Shown here one piece after another: positions 20,217 to 31,235 of a DNA stretch of 64,000 nucleotides. The position numbers and the translations under genes are program-made. This DNA comes from Bacteroidales bacterium. GTDB taxonomy: Bacteria > Bacteroidota > Bacteroidia > Bacteroidales > VadinHA17. The stretch is from contig JASJGS010000243.1 of assembly GCA_033791445.1 (NCBI GenBank), positions 3,069 through 67,068 of the forward strand, read 5' to 3'. The notes beneath the pieces were generated by a model, which saw only the letters and a list, made by a program, of their open reading frames with translations, had not been told where the DNA came from and searched no databases. Every line of letters begins with the position of its first letter. Position 1 is the first letter of the stretch.

Positions 20217-20927
20217 ATGAAACTCTTACTAATCAGCAATTCAACCAATGCAGGGGAAGAATACTTAAATCATCCAAAAGAACAAATACGTCAATTTTTA
20301 GGCTCCAAGAAAAAAAACTGTTTATTTATTCCATATGCCGCCGTTACTTTTTCTTTCGATGAATATGAAAATAAAGTACAGGAAAGATTTCTGGAACTAG
20401 GCCATGAAGTCAGATCTGTCCATCGATTTCTTGACCCGATTCAGGCCATTGAGGAAGCCGAAGCAATAATAGTTGGTGGTGGAAACACATGGCAATTAAC
20501 AAAAATGATGCAGGACAAGGGAATGCTTAAAACCTTGGTGAAAAAAGTAAAAAATGGAACTCCCTATATTGGTTGGAGCGCCGGGTCAAATGTTGCCTGC
20601 CCCAGCATTAAAACCACCAATGATATGCCCATTGTAGAACCCGATAGCTTTTCTGTTGGAAATCTCGTGCCATTCCAGATTAATCCGCATTATCTCGATG
20701 CAAACCCTGATGGACATGCCGGGGAGACTCGGGAGATGAGAATAGAAGAATTTCTGGCAGTAAATAAAGAGATATATGTAGTAGGACTTCGTGAAGGAAC
20801 AATGTTACTGTATGATAATGAAAATCTAAAGCTTGTTGGGCCCAGGGATGCGAGAATCTTCAAATTCGGTCTAAAACCATACGAAGTCGATAATAATGCT
20901 GACCTGAATTTTCTTCTTGAAAAATAG
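20217..20927 (+). CDS. pepE: Dipeptidase E (peptidase S51)
   Basis: VGGGNT, GWSAGSN, TTNDMPI, QINPHY, GETRE.RI.EF. Confidence 0.95.
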   Translation: MKLLLISNSTNAGEEYLNHPKEQIRQFLGSKKKNCLFIPYAAVTFSFDEYENKVQERFLELGHEVRSVHRFLDPIQAIEEAEAIIVGGGNTWQLTKMMQDKGMLKTLVKKVKNGTPYIGWSAGSNVACPSIKTTNDMPIVEPDSFSVGNLVPFQINPHYLDANPDGHAGETREMRIEEFLAVNKEIYVVGLREGTMLLYDNENLKLVGPRDARIFKFGLKPYEVDNNADLNFLLEK

Positions 20928-21039
20928 CTCTTGTACTTTATACCATAATTGGACAGGATATCGTTCTTGTTCCCAATATTGCATTTCATATTCCAATGAA
21001 TTAAAAATTTAATTGTATCCCGAATTTCTTAAAAATCGG

Positions 21040-23604
21040 ATGAGGACCTTCAGGCGTATAGTTATTATTCTCTTCTTTATCGTTCTGTTTCTGGCAGGAA
21101 TAGGAATAATCCTGTTTCAAATAAATGAGGACAAAATAAAAAAACAACTGCTCACTGAGCTGAATGAGGAACTTACTACCCTTGTTGATGTAAATGAAAT
21201 TACTTTTAATTTCTTCCGGCACTTCCCTAATATTACAGCAAACTTTAAGCAGGTTACGGTTTATTCACCTGAAGAATTTAATTCTAAATATTCAAATAAG
21301 GTAAGCATAGATACTCTTCTGAATGTCAGTAATATATACTTTGAAATAAATTCCCTTGGATTAATCCAAAAGAAAATTGTATTTAATAAAATTATCCTGA
21401 ATGATGGATGGCTAAATATAATTCTGAATGAAAAGGGTGAGAACAATTACCAGGTTTTTAAAATACCTGAAAAGAATGGATCCGATGGACTTTCATTAAA
21501 TTTTAAATCGGTTGAGTTTAGAAATATCTTATTTGACTATTTTGATATTGAAAAAAGGCTGCAAATTAAATCATCGATTGATGAACAAAAAGCAATCATT
21601 AAGAACAATCACTCATCTATTAAATTTCATACGAAGATTTCAATCCTGGAGCTCATTTCAAAGGAAGCTCTAGTCCTTTCAAATAAAGCTCTATCAGTAA
21701 GCCTTGATTTGTCAATCAAGGATGATGTATTTACCATAACAAATGGGGACCTCGATTTTGCAGGAGTTAGCACTATGGTTTCAGGTACTCTTCAGAAAAA
21801 AGAAAGCTTGTTTCTTGACTGTAGCATTGCCAGTACAGGCAATAAAGTAAAAAATCTTTTGCAGTTAATTCCTGAAGATATACAGGATAAGTTTAAAGCC
21901 CTGAAGGTTGCTGGAAATCTTTCTTTAAATGGTACCATAAAAGGATTTCTTGGTGACAATAAATATCCTCATATAAACCTTCAATTTAATTTAAAGCAAG
22001 GTTTGTTCTTTTATCCAAAATCAAATTTAAGATTTGCTGATATTACAGCTTCTGGGGATTTGGACAATGGTAGCAAAAATAATACATCCACAACTCTACT
22101 TCGGATTAATAGTTTTCAGTCCCGTGTAGGTGGAGAAACAATAAATGGTACTTACCAGATTAAAAATTTAGAGAACCCTGAAATTAAAATTACTACTTCA
22201 GGAACTTTCAATCTGAAAGAGTTTATTAAATTAACCCCAAATACCGATGCAGAGATCCTGGATGGCTATGCCAGGGTAAATATGACAATTACCGGCAAAC
22301 TCCGTGAGTTCAGGAAGATTTCTTTAAATGACCTGGAAAAATTCAATCCAAAAGGCCAGGTTGAACTGATAAATGTAACTTATAAAACATTCAAGAGACC
22401 AATAGTATTTTCATCGGTTTCCGGAATTGTTAGACTCGGTGAACGATTTCATTTAGATAGTTTGCATTTGAAAATTAATGATAATCCTATAACTATACAT
22501 GGCAAAGCAGAGAATGTTCTCTCCTATCTAAATCAAAAAAGGAAACCTTTGGTAATTACCGGAAATGTCGAAACGCCAGGTTTTGACCTAACATCCATAA
22601 TCCCTGGCCGACACAAAACTAGTCCAGGAAATACTCCTGTTAGGACTATTCACCTTCCTGAACATATGGAAGCTCATATAAAGTTGAACGCCAAAGCTCT
22701 GTCATACAGAAGGTTTAAAACAGAAAATTTCACCTGTTTCCTGTTATATAATCCTGGTTCACTTTTATTGGATGATGTTAATTTTAGCTCCATGGATGGC
22801 AAAACCAATGGCAATATAACTATATTCGAGCAAGCAGATTCTGTATTACAGATGCATGCTCTTGCCCGTATTGACAATATTGATATTCATAAACTGTTCT
22901 ATCAAATGGGAAATTTCGGACAGACATTCATTAAATATGATAACCTCGAAGGAAATGTGTCTGGAAATATAAAATTTTATTCAAAATGGTCCAATGACTT
23001 GAGAATCGACAAAAAAAGTATTATTGCGGAAAGTAAATATGTGATTGAAAACGGTGAGCTTATAAATTTTGAGCCCATTCAAAAACTTTCCAGATTTATT
23101 GCTGTTGATGAATTAAAAGACATTAATTTTTCCCGCCTGCAAAATGATGTATTTATTAAAAACGAAACTGTTACCATGCCATTAATGGAAATTAACACTT
23201 CTGCTTTCAATATTGAAGCATCAGGAAATCACTATTTTAACAAACGTTATGAATACAATGTCAGGGTATTGTTATCCGATATCCTGGCCTCTAAGGCAAA
23301 AAATAAAAAGAAAGAGAACAATGAATTTGGAATAGTTGAAGACGATGGGCTGGGTAAAACAACCATACCTCTGAAAATAATAGGAGACCCCGAGGACATT
23401 AATGTATCTTATGATGGCAAAGGTATGACCCGAAACATTAAAGCAGACCTTAAAAATGAAAGACAAAATCTGAAACAACTTTTTAGCAAAGAATTTAGGG
23501 AAAGAAATACGGATTCAACATCTTTGTCAGATAAGAAAGAAACGAAAAAATTCAATATCACATGGGAAGAGGAAGAAGTTCCTGATACAACCATTAAAAA
23601 ATAG
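21040..23604 (+). CDS. AsmA family protein
   Basis: N-terminal TM anchor then a long beta-rich body and AsmA-like C-terminus; ATG at 21040 preferred to TTG at 21013. Confidence 0.75.
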   Translation: MRTFRRIVIILFFIVLFLAGIGIILFQINEDKIKKQLLTELNEELTTLVDVNEITFNFFRHFPNITANFKQVTVYSPEEFNSKYSNKVSIDTLLNVSNIYFEINSLGLIQKKIVFNKIILNDGWLNIILNEKGENNYQVFKIPEKNGSDGLSLNFKSVEFRNILFDYFDIEKRLQIKSSIDEQKAIIKNNHSSIKFHTKISILELISKEALVLSNKALSVSLDLSIKDDVFTITNGDLDFAGVSTMVSGTLQKKESLFLDCSIASTGNKVKNLLQLIPEDIQDKFKALKVAGNLSLNGTIKGFLGDNKYPHINLQFNLKQGLFFYPKSNLRFADITASGDLDNGSKNNTSTTLLRINSFQSRVGGETINGTYQIKNLENPEIKITTSGTFNLKEFIKLTPNTDAEILDGYARVNMTITGKLREFRKISLNDLEKFNPKGQVELINVTYKTFKRPIVFSSVSGIVRLGERFHLDSLHLKINDNPITIHGKAENVLSYLNQKRKPLVITGNVETPGFDLTSIIPGRHKTSPGNTPVRTIHLPEHMEAHIKLNAKALSYRRFKTENFTCFLLYNPGSLLLDDVNFSSMDGKTNGNITIFEQADSVLQMHALARIDNIDIHKLFYQMGNFGQTFIKYDNLEGNVSGNIKFYSKWSNDLRIDKKSIIAESKYVIENGELINFEPIQKLSRFIAVDELKDINFSRLQNDVFIKNETVTMPLMEINTSAFNIEASGNHYFNKRYEYNVRVLLSDILASKAKNKKKENNEFGIVEDDGLGKTTIPLKIIGDPEDINVSYDGKGMTRNIKADLKNERQNLKQLFSKEFRERNTDSTSLSDKKETKKFNITWEEEEVPDTTIKK

Positions 23605-23630
23605 ACAAACTTTTTAGCATCTGTAAACCT

Positions 23631-24788
23631 TTGGATAAGTACAAAAATAAAATACGACTAAAACTAGTTCTTCTAATAATTGCAATTATTATTGGGCTTT
23701 CCTCCCTCTTGTATACAAACAGGTTGGTGAAAGAATTAAAGCTTGAAGAAAAGAAAAAGGTTGAGTTATGGGCTGACGCTACACAACAACTTATTGAGCT
23801 TGACTTAAATGATACCCTCACCAATATTAATTTTTTGGTTAAAGTCATTGAAAACAACAACACAGTACCCGTTATTTTAATGAATGAGAAGGGGGATACT
23901 ACTACGACAAGGAATTTAAGAAGCAAACGCCTAAAGAATGCAAAATACCTTGAACGGCAGATTGAAATAATGAAGAATGAACATGACCCTATCGAAATTG
24001 TTCTGGGCAACGATGAAAAAAATTATATTTATTACAAAGATTCTTTAATCCTAACAAAGCTTGCCTACTTTCCTTACGTTCAATTGGGTGTAATCATTTT
24101 ATTTATTCTTGTTGCTTACCTGGCATTTAGCAGCTCGCGAAAATTTGAACAAAACCAGGTTTGGGTGGGTTTAACAAAAGAAACGGCGCATCAATTGGGC
24201 ACTCCTACCTCATCTTTAATGGGCTGGGTTAATGTCCTGAAAATGAAAAAGGTAGACCCTAAGTTGGTAAATGAATTTGAAGAAGATGTTATACGGCTTG
24301 AGAAAATTACTGAAAGATTTTCAAAGGTCGGTTCAAAACCCATTTTAACTTCTACTAATATAATTCCTGTGATTTTAAATGGGATTAACTATGTCAGATC
24401 ACGCTCCTCAAAAAAGGTTCAATTTAAGCTTGGTTTTTCTGAAACTGATGATATCAAAATTCCATTAAATATCCCTCTTTTTGAGTGGGTAATTGAAAAT
24501 CTCGCTAAAAATGCCATCGATGCCATGAAGGGTGAAGGGACCCTTGAAATTCAATTAATTGATAATACCCAGGTTCTGTTTATTGACTTTAAAGATACCG
24601 GTAAGGGTCTTGGGAAATCAATGTTTAAGACAATTTTCAAACCAGGTTTTACCAGTAAAGAAAGAGGCTGGGGGCTTGGTCTTTCTCTGTCAAAACGAAT
24701 CATTGAGATGTACCATGATGGGAAAATCTTCGTATCCCACTCAGAGTTGAATAAAGGTACTACTTTTCGAATTGTCCTTAAAAAGTAA
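23631..24788 (+). CDS. Sensor histidine kinase (two TM)
   Basis: H box ETAHQLGTP, N box ENLAKNAIDA, DTGKG, F box FKPGFTSK, GWGLGL. Confidence 0.92.
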   Translation: MDKYKNKIRLKLVLLIIAIIIGLSSLLYTNRLVKELKLEEKKKVELWADATQQLIELDLNDTLTNINFLVKVIENNNTVPVILMNEKGDTTTTRNLRSKRLKNAKYLERQIEIMKNEHDPIEIVLGNDEKNYIYYKDSLILTKLAYFPYVQLGVIILFILVAYLAFSSSRKFEQNQVWVGLTKETAHQLGTPTSSLMGWVNVLKMKKVDPKLVNEFEEDVIRLEKITERFSKVGSKPILTSTNIIPVILNGINYVRSRSSKKVQFKLGFSETDDIKIPLNIPLFEWVIENLAKNAIDAMKGEGTLEIQLIDNTQVLFIDFKDTGKGLGKSMFKTIFKPGFTSKERGWGLGLSLSKRIIEMYHDGKIFVSHSELNKGTTFRIVLKK

Positions 24789-24878
24789 TATCCCAAATTT
24801 CACAATGTATTGTTTCATGGGTTTGTTAATTGAAAATCAATAAGATTCATTATTTTTGCCAGCTCAAAATTTCTGTTC

Positions 24879-26141
24879 ATGAACATTGAAAGATCTGATA
24901 TTGAAATAATGGCTCCGGCCGGCTCCTTTGAGTCTTTAATGGCTGCTATCCAGGGAGGGGCTAATTCGGTTTATTTTGGTGTTCAGCACCTGAATATGCG
25001 GGCCACCTCATCCAGCAACTTTACCCTGGATGACATGGGAAAAATTGTTTCTATTTGCCGCGAATACAATATCAAATCCTACTTGACCCTTAATACGGTC
25101 CTATATGATCACGATCTTGGCCTAATGCGTAAGATTGTTGAGGCCGCAAAAAACACGGGTGTTTCAGCCATTATTTTATCTGATCAGGCTGCCATTTTTG
25201 AGGTTCAATCAAAGGGAATTGAAATTCATCTTTCTACTCAGCTTAATATTTCGAATATTGAGTCACTCAAATTTTATGCCCAATGGGCTGATGTAGTTGT
25301 TCTGGCCAGAGAATTAAACCTGACCCAAATATCTAATATTCATAAAGCCATTGTTGAAAATCAAATAAAGGGACCATCTGGAAACCTTATTAAACTTGAA
25401 CTTTTTGTACACGGTGCTCTATGTATGGCCATTTCTGGAAAATGTTATATGAGTCTACATGAAAACAATGCATCTGCCAACCGGGGTGCCTGTCAGCAGA
25501 CCTGCAGGAAGCCCTATATTGTAACTGAAAAAGAATCTGGTTATGAGCTAGAAATTGACAATGAGTATATTATGTCACCGAAAGACCTGATGACCATTCA
25601 GTTTCTCAATAAAATAATAGATGCGGGCATAAGCGTATTAAAAATTGAAGGCCGAGCCCGGCCCCCTGAATATGTTAAAACAGTAGTTGAATGTTATAAT
25701 GAAGCCGTATATGCTATTGTTGAACAAAGCTATAGTACAGAAAAAATTAATTCCTGGACAGAAAGGTTGTCTGGCGTTTTTAACCGAGGATTCTGGGACG
25801 GTTATTACCTGGGCAGGAAGTTGGGTGAATGGAGCCACAAATATGGCTCTCAGGCTACTAAGCGTAAAGTGTATATAGGAAAAGGAAATAATTATTTTCA
25901 AAAAATCGGGGTGGCTGAGTTTATCATGGAAACCGGCAGCCTTGAAACGGGAGATGAGATTTTAATTACTGGTCCTACAACGGGAGCAATTCAAACAAAA
26001 GTAAAAGAAATTAGGGTGGATTTGAAAACTGTTGCGAAAACCCAAAAGGGAGAACGGTTTTCAATACCTGTTGAAGAAATTGTAAGAAGATCTGATAAAC
26101 TTTACAAAATAGTTGAAACAAATCCTGATTTACAGCAGTAG
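24879..26141 (+). CDS. U32 family peptidase-like Fe-S protein (TrhP-type tRNA hydroxylation candidate)
   Basis: EIMAPAG, HLSTQ, VVLARE, ELFVHGALC..SGKC..ANRGAC.Q.CR, SPKDL, LKIEGR. Confidence 0.88.
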   Translation: MNIERSDIEIMAPAGSFESLMAAIQGGANSVYFGVQHLNMRATSSSNFTLDDMGKIVSICREYNIKSYLTLNTVLYDHDLGLMRKIVEAAKNTGVSAIILSDQAAIFEVQSKGIEIHLSTQLNISNIESLKFYAQWADVVVLARELNLTQISNIHKAIVENQIKGPSGNLIKLELFVHGALCMAISGKCYMSLHENNASANRGACQQTCRKPYIVTEKESGYELEIDNEYIMSPKDLMTIQFLNKIIDAGISVLKIEGRARPPEYVKTVVECYNEAVYAIVEQSYSTEKINSWTERLSGVFNRGFWDGYYLGRKLGEWSHKYGSQATKRKVYIGKGNNYFQKIGVAEFIMETGSLETGDEILITGPTTGAIQTKVKEIRVDLKTVAKTQKGERFSIPVEEIVRRSDKLYKIVETNPDLQQ

Positions 26142-26152
26142 TGAAATAATAT

Positions 26153-26863
26153 CTACAAATGCACCTTTCTAATCCCTTCGATATAAAGAGCTCGCAATTT
26201 ACTTAGAAAGTCAAGATTGTGTTCTTTTGTATATATTCTGACAACATCAGTAACATCTTTGATAAAAATTACTCCCTGTGCTGCATCAAAATTATTGTTA
26301 TCAAGGTTATTTTTAATTGAATAAGTTATTGTTTCGAAGACTTTCCAGGATAATTTCACCGGGACCTTAAGATAACTCATCAATGGTTCTTCCTGATCTA
26401 TAAAAATTCCATCCTCTACCTCATCAAGGTCAAATTGCTTCATCACTTTGATAACCCCTTCATTGTTGAATTTCCTTTGTTTTGCAAAGAAAATACCCTC
26501 ATCCATATACCATTTTTGCAGTTCTGTAATTTGTTCAAAACTTTGAAGATCTTTTATTCTAATGGCTGGAGCCTTCTTATTAAAAACAAAAAGTTCTGCA
26601 GGTCTGGCTCCAAAACCAATTTTACAGTTTGACCTGATGCGATCAGAGGCCCTGCTAATTTGCTCATAAGTATACTCTTTCTTGGTAACCAGAAATAAAT
26701 GATGTGGATGAAATTTAGAGGGTAAATCCCCACCATGGTACCCTGGAAAAGATTCAAAATTCTCAAGAACAAAAGAATTTTCAAGAATGTTTGAATTAAG
26801 GGTATGAAGCAACTCTACTTTTGTAATGTAACCAAAAGAGGTAATAATTTTTCTATTTTCCAT
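26153..26863 (-). CDS. Hypothetical protein
   Basis: 236 aa ORF from the ATG at 26863, with a -7 box (TACATTTG) upstream; no family recognised. Confidence 0.7.
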   Translation of the reverse strand: MENRKIITSFGYITKVELLHTLNSNILENSFVLENFESFPGYHGGDLPSKFHPHHLFLVTKKEYTYEQISRASDRIRSNCKIGFGARPAELFVFNKKAPAIRIKDLQSFEQITELQKWYMDEGIFFAKQRKFNNEGVIKVMKQFDLDEVEDGIFIDQEEPLMSYLKVPVKLSWKVFETITYSIKNNLDNNNFDAAQGVIFIKDVTDVVRIYTKEHNLDFLSKLRALYIEGIRKVHL

Positions 26864-26993
26864 GAACAATTTTTTGTAAAGATTATACTATTTACAAATG
26901 TAAATATTTTCGCCAAATTTGCAATGTAATATAAATTTTGCTCAAGACTTGATGTCTGATACTACAATTAAAAATAAGCCATACGGAGCAAGT

Positions 26994-28040
26994 TTAATCC
27001 GTCAGTAGTTTATTTGAAAGGGCAAAAGTCAAAATCTTCCTGGCATTTGTAAGGGGTTCCATTCCTTCCAGTTCAAGCGGATACAGTGTTTCTTCCTGCC
27101 TGGTACCCAGGCCTTTCATATAAGCTTTATCATAGTAGTTTAAGGCATACTCAACAGGTATCGCAAAGTCCTTATTATCAATGGCATCAAGGCTAACTTT
27201 GGTGTGTAAGCCTCCCAGCTTTTTTTGTATTCGAAGAATGGCACTTTTGAGTTCCTCAGCATTCAATTCAGCATATTCCGATATTAGTGCCTGAACTCGC
27301 ATTTGTTTTTCTACTACCAATTGAATTACTGGACTTTCCCGCATTCTTAAAAAAATCTCATCGGGTATTTTTACCTGTCCTACAGATTTGCTTTCATCTT
27401 CTAACCAGATGGTTTTATTAAGACCCAGATCTCGCCAAATTTCGTACAGGTTGTTTTCAAACTGCTCAGTTGAGGGTTGAGTTTCCTGCCCGATTCCACC
27501 AAATGCGGAGCCTCTGTGATGTGCCAGTTGTTCTAAATCGATTACTTGCTCCCCAAGCTCTTTCAGGGCATTTATAATTCTTGTTTTACCACTGCCTGTC
27601 ATCCCGCCCAAAATGAGAAAGGAAGCCGGCTTTGCCATTTCCTTTTTTATATAACGCCTGTAGGCTTTATATCCCCCCTCAATAATAGAGCATTTGATAC
27701 CATTGGTTTCAAAAAGCCAGGCCATGGATTCACTGCGCATCCCGCCCCTCCAGCAATGAATGAAAATTTCTCTATCGGGAGTCAGTTTTTTTGCCTTCTT
27801 AACCAAATTTACCATTTTTGGACCAACGATTTCAAGGCCCCTTAAAACAGCATCCTCTTTACCTGAATTCTTGTAGATAGTCCCTACTATGGCTCTTTCG
27901 GTGTTATCGAAAAGTGGTATGTTATAAGCTCCAGGAATATGGGCATGTTCAAATTCCCCTGGGGAGCGAACATCCACTATCGGCAGGTTTGTTCGGGGAA
28001 GAAAAAAAGATTCTATATCGACTTTTTCAGAAAGGTTCAT
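26994..28040 (-). CDS. mnmH: tRNA 2-selenouridine(34) synthase
   Basis: Rhodanese domain (DVRSP.EF..HIPGA, HCWRGGMRS), GGYKAYR, P-loop GMTGSGKT, DLE.LA.HRGSAFG, EDES. Confidence 0.93.
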   Translation of the reverse strand: MNLSEKVDIESFFLPRTNLPIVDVRSPGEFEHAHIPGAYNIPLFDNTERAIVGTIYKNSGKEDAVLRGLEIVGPKMVNLVKKAKKLTPDREIFIHCWRGGMRSESMAWLFETNGIKCSIIEGGYKAYRRYIKKEMAKPASFLILGGMTGSGKTRIINALKELGEQVIDLEQLAHHRGSAFGGIGQETQPSTEQFENNLYEIWRDLGLNKTIWLEDESKSVGQVKIPDEIFLRMRESPVIQLVVEKQMRVQALISEYAELNAEELKSAILRIQKKLGGLHTKVSLDAIDNKDFAIPVEYALNYYDKAYMKGLGTRQEETLYPLELEGMEPLTNARKILTFALSNKLLTD

Positions 28041-28087
28041 AAAACATATAATGGAAAAAATTGCTAGAAAAGAATTTCAAACTAGCC

Positions 28088-30949
28088 TCATTCCGACGAT
28101 TCAGTAAACCACCTCATAAGCACCCTTTTTAATTCTTCAATTCTTACCGGTTTGGCAATAAAGTCATTCATATCCTCTGTAATGGCTCTCTCTTTAGCGT
28201 CCTCACTAAAGTCTGCTGTTATTGGAACCACAGGCATATTAAAGCCTTTATTTCGAACTTCCCTGGTAGCTTCCCAGCCATCCATTTCAGGCATCATTAC
28301 ATCCATAAAGATAATATCGTAATCCTTTTGACCAACCATTTTAACAACCTCTAGACCATTTATAGCAATATCAATCTCATATCCCAGATTCTTAAAGAAA
28401 GCCTGTTCTAATTTTTGATTCATAAGGTTGTCCTCAGCCAAAAGAATATTTATATCTGGCCTAAGTTTTGACTTCAAAACATTGCCCGAATGCACAACTC
28501 TCACATTTGGAAAGTTATCCTGTAAAATATTGAATAGCTCAGATCCCTGGCAGGGCTCTATCAGGTAATAATCAACACCTAACTTTCGACTTCGCACATA
28601 ATTTCCCTTCTGATCATTTGAGCTTGTAATTACAACCAGATATTTTTCCATTAGATTTTTAGCCTTTAACTGTTCTGCAAATTCAAAGGCATCAAAGTTT
28701 ACTGAATCTCTAAGAAGTAAAATGTGATGTCGTTCTTTTTCCTCCTGTGCATTCGACTCAATAAGGTGAATGGTTTTATCGTGATAAAAATTTAAGCGGG
28801 CTTTTACTCCAAAATTGGTAAGCATATCTGCGACTCTGTGCCCACTAATATCATTGCTTTTTATTACCAAAGCATTTATATGGGTATAACTGGTTACTTT
28901 ACTTAAAGGAATATCCTTCTTTATTCTTTCATCGGGATAAACCTCAAAGGTTAGGATGAACCTTGAGCCAGGATATTCCGGATCTCCGGAAATACCGGAT
29001 GGACTCTCTGCCTTTATTTCACCATTCAGAAGCTCCACCATTTGCCTGGAAAGTGCGAGGCCAAGCCCGGCACCAGCAAACTTCCTGGCAGAAGAATCAT
29101 TTACATTGGAATCTTTATCAAAAAGATGCTTTATATCCTCTTTTGGTATTCCAATTCCGGAATCTTCAATTATAAGCTGGAGGGTAACTTTGCCTGTAGT
29201 GTTTTCAAGTTGCTCAACCTTTATATTAATTCGCCCTATAGAAGTAAATTTAACCGCGTTCCCAGCCAGGTGATTTATGGTTTGTCTAATTTTAAAGGGA
29301 TCTCCAATTAGATTGTCTGGAACGTCTTTTGAAATTCTTAACTTGAAATCCAGATTTTTTTCTTTAGCAATGGGAGTAACCCGTGCTAAGGCAAGATCCA
29401 GTTCGGAGCGTAATGAAAACGGGATTTCTTCGGTAACCATATCCCCTGCCTCAATCTTGGAGAAGGTTAATATGTCGTCCAGAATAGAAAGAAGCAATTC
29501 TGCAGTTTTTCGAATGCTAAGGTGAATTTTCTTTTGGTCGGAAGTGAGATTTTTTGGCTTTATGTTATCCAGTAAACCAATTATTCCGTTTAAGGGAGTT
29601 TGAATTTCAATGCTTGTATTGGTAAGAAAATCTGATTTTGTTTTAACTGCTGCTGCTTCTTGCTTTCTTGCTCTTTCAAAAGGTGTAATATCTATCAGGG
29701 ATTCCAGAAATAAATTTTTATCTCCATCCTGCAAAGTCACTTCTTTTTTATACAGCGCAATCTCCCGGTTTTCTTTCTTGTATATTACTACATCATTTAG
29801 AAAGTGTTTCCCAATTTTTTTGGGGCTGTCGGGATAACCTGTTCGGAAAAACCAGTCACCCAGTACCTCTCCAGCTTTAATATTTTTGTCTTTTGGGAAC
29901 AAGTTGGAGGCCTCCTCATTCATTCTGATAATCTTCCTGTTTTCATCGAGAATAATTATCCCCGTTGGTAAAGATTCAACGATTTCAAACAATTTAACTC
30001 TTGAGGTCTCAAGATCTGCCTCCTTTTTCTTCTGTTTTTGAATATAATTAATTAGCAAACCTGCTATTAAAAATACCAGTAAAAATGTAAGGCTCGAAAT
30101 AATGATAGAACTCCTAATAAGCGATCCCAATATAAGCTCTGACTCCAGGGAAAAGATAATACCAAAATCTCTCTTTATGAACCGCAGTGGATAATAGGCA
30201 GAAAGAAGTTCTATCTCTCGGCCATTTCTGAAGGCTTTGTGCTGAATTACATTTTGATTCTCGCTACGAAGATCATTTGAAATCTTTTCTATTCGACTAA
30301 CTTTTATTTGTTCCTCTGCTCCAAGATTTATATATATAATATCATCGTTTGAATCGATTATCCACTGCCACTGAACATCTTCAATATGTGATTTTTCGAG
30401 AACCGATTTAAGATATTTCTCGTAGCTAACCCTTACCTCCAAGTTACCTACAATCATATTGTCGGTTAATACCGGAAGATATAGCAGATAATCCCCATTT
30501 TTAAATAAGACAGTGTCTTTCCTAAATAAATTTTTCTGTTCGTGGGAAGCATAAAAATCAGTAATAAACTCGCCCTGCCTGTCACAATAAATACTAAAAA
30601 CTTTTTTCTGGTTATTATAAAACTGAATATTTGAAACCAAATCGCTATACTTGAAATAGACTGATCTTAATTGTGCAAGAACATCCTCATGATTACCAAC
30701 ATTTTCTACCAATTGATTTTTTCCCTCATCAAAAAAATTAGAAATATTTGTGGAAAATAAAATTTTTGAAAGTTCGCTTTCGAGGTCGTAGCCAGTTTTT
30801 TCAATTTCACTACCAGCAATCAATGTTTGCTTCATCAAAAAGCTTTCCTGAAGAGATATTTGTTGCTTATAAATTTGAAAATAGTAGTATAAGTTGGCTG
30901 CTAATATAATTACAATGATAAATCCAACCAGGTAGTATATTTTTTTCAT
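28088..30949 (-). CDS. Hybrid sensor kinase/response regulator (TM-periplasmic-TM-PAS-HisKA-HATPase-REC-REC) with a degenerate H box
   Basis: NAVKFT, DSGIGIP, GAGLGL, AEDN..IFMDVMMPEMDG..KP; the H box reads TSIEIQTP. Confidence 0.88.
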   Translation of the reverse strand: MKKIYYLVGFIIVIILAANLYYYFQIYKQQISLQESFLMKQTLIAGSEIEKTGYDLESELSKILFSTNISNFFDEGKNQLVENVGNHEDVLAQLRSVYFKYSDLVSNIQFYNNQKKVFSIYCDRQGEFITDFYASHEQKNLFRKDTVLFKNGDYLLYLPVLTDNMIVGNLEVRVSYEKYLKSVLEKSHIEDVQWQWIIDSNDDIIYINLGAEEQIKVSRIEKISNDLRSENQNVIQHKAFRNGREIELLSAYYPLRFIKRDFGIIFSLESELILGSLIRSSIIISSLTFLLVFLIAGLLINYIQKQKKKEADLETSRVKLFEIVESLPTGIIILDENRKIIRMNEEASNLFPKDKNIKAGEVLGDWFFRTGYPDSPKKIGKHFLNDVVIYKKENREIALYKKEVTLQDGDKNLFLESLIDITPFERARKQEAAAVKTKSDFLTNTSIEIQTPLNGIIGLLDNIKPKNLTSDQKKIHLSIRKTAELLLSILDDILTFSKIEAGDMVTEEIPFSLRSELDLALARVTPIAKEKNLDFKLRISKDVPDNLIGDPFKIRQTINHLAGNAVKFTSIGRINIKVEQLENTTGKVTLQLIIEDSGIGIPKEDIKHLFDKDSNVNDSSARKFAGAGLGLALSRQMVELLNGEIKAESPSGISGDPEYPGSRFILTFEVYPDERIKKDIPLSKVTSYTHINALVIKSNDISGHRVADMLTNFGVKARLNFYHDKTIHLIESNAQEEKERHHILLLRDSVNFDAFEFAEQLKAKNLMEKYLVVITSSNDQKGNYVRSRKLGVDYYLIEPCQGSELFNILQDNFPNVRVVHSGNVLKSKLRPDINILLAEDNLMNQKLEQAFFKNLGYEIDIAINGLEVVKMVGQKDYDIIFMDVMMPEMDGWEATREVRNKGFNMPVVPITADFSEDAKERAITEDMNDFIAKPVRIEELKRVLMRWFTESSE

Positions 30950-31235
30950 ATAGTTAAAAAGTCCAAAAGAACTTTTTGATTTAGGCGACAGTAAAATTAA
31001 CAGCCTTCAAAATTAAGTAAATAAACCGTATTCTATTATGCTTAATTCACCTTCATATAATTCTTTCAGCTAGCATTATATTCTTGTCTAAAAAGGATAC
31101 GCTAAACCAGGTGAAAAGTTGTTCTAAAAATAGAAAATTACAGTTTCTCCGGTAGCTGAAATTTTTATAAGCTATCAGGCCATTTTGGTTAAACTAAATT
31201 TGGAATATTATATATCCGGAAATTTGATTTACAAT

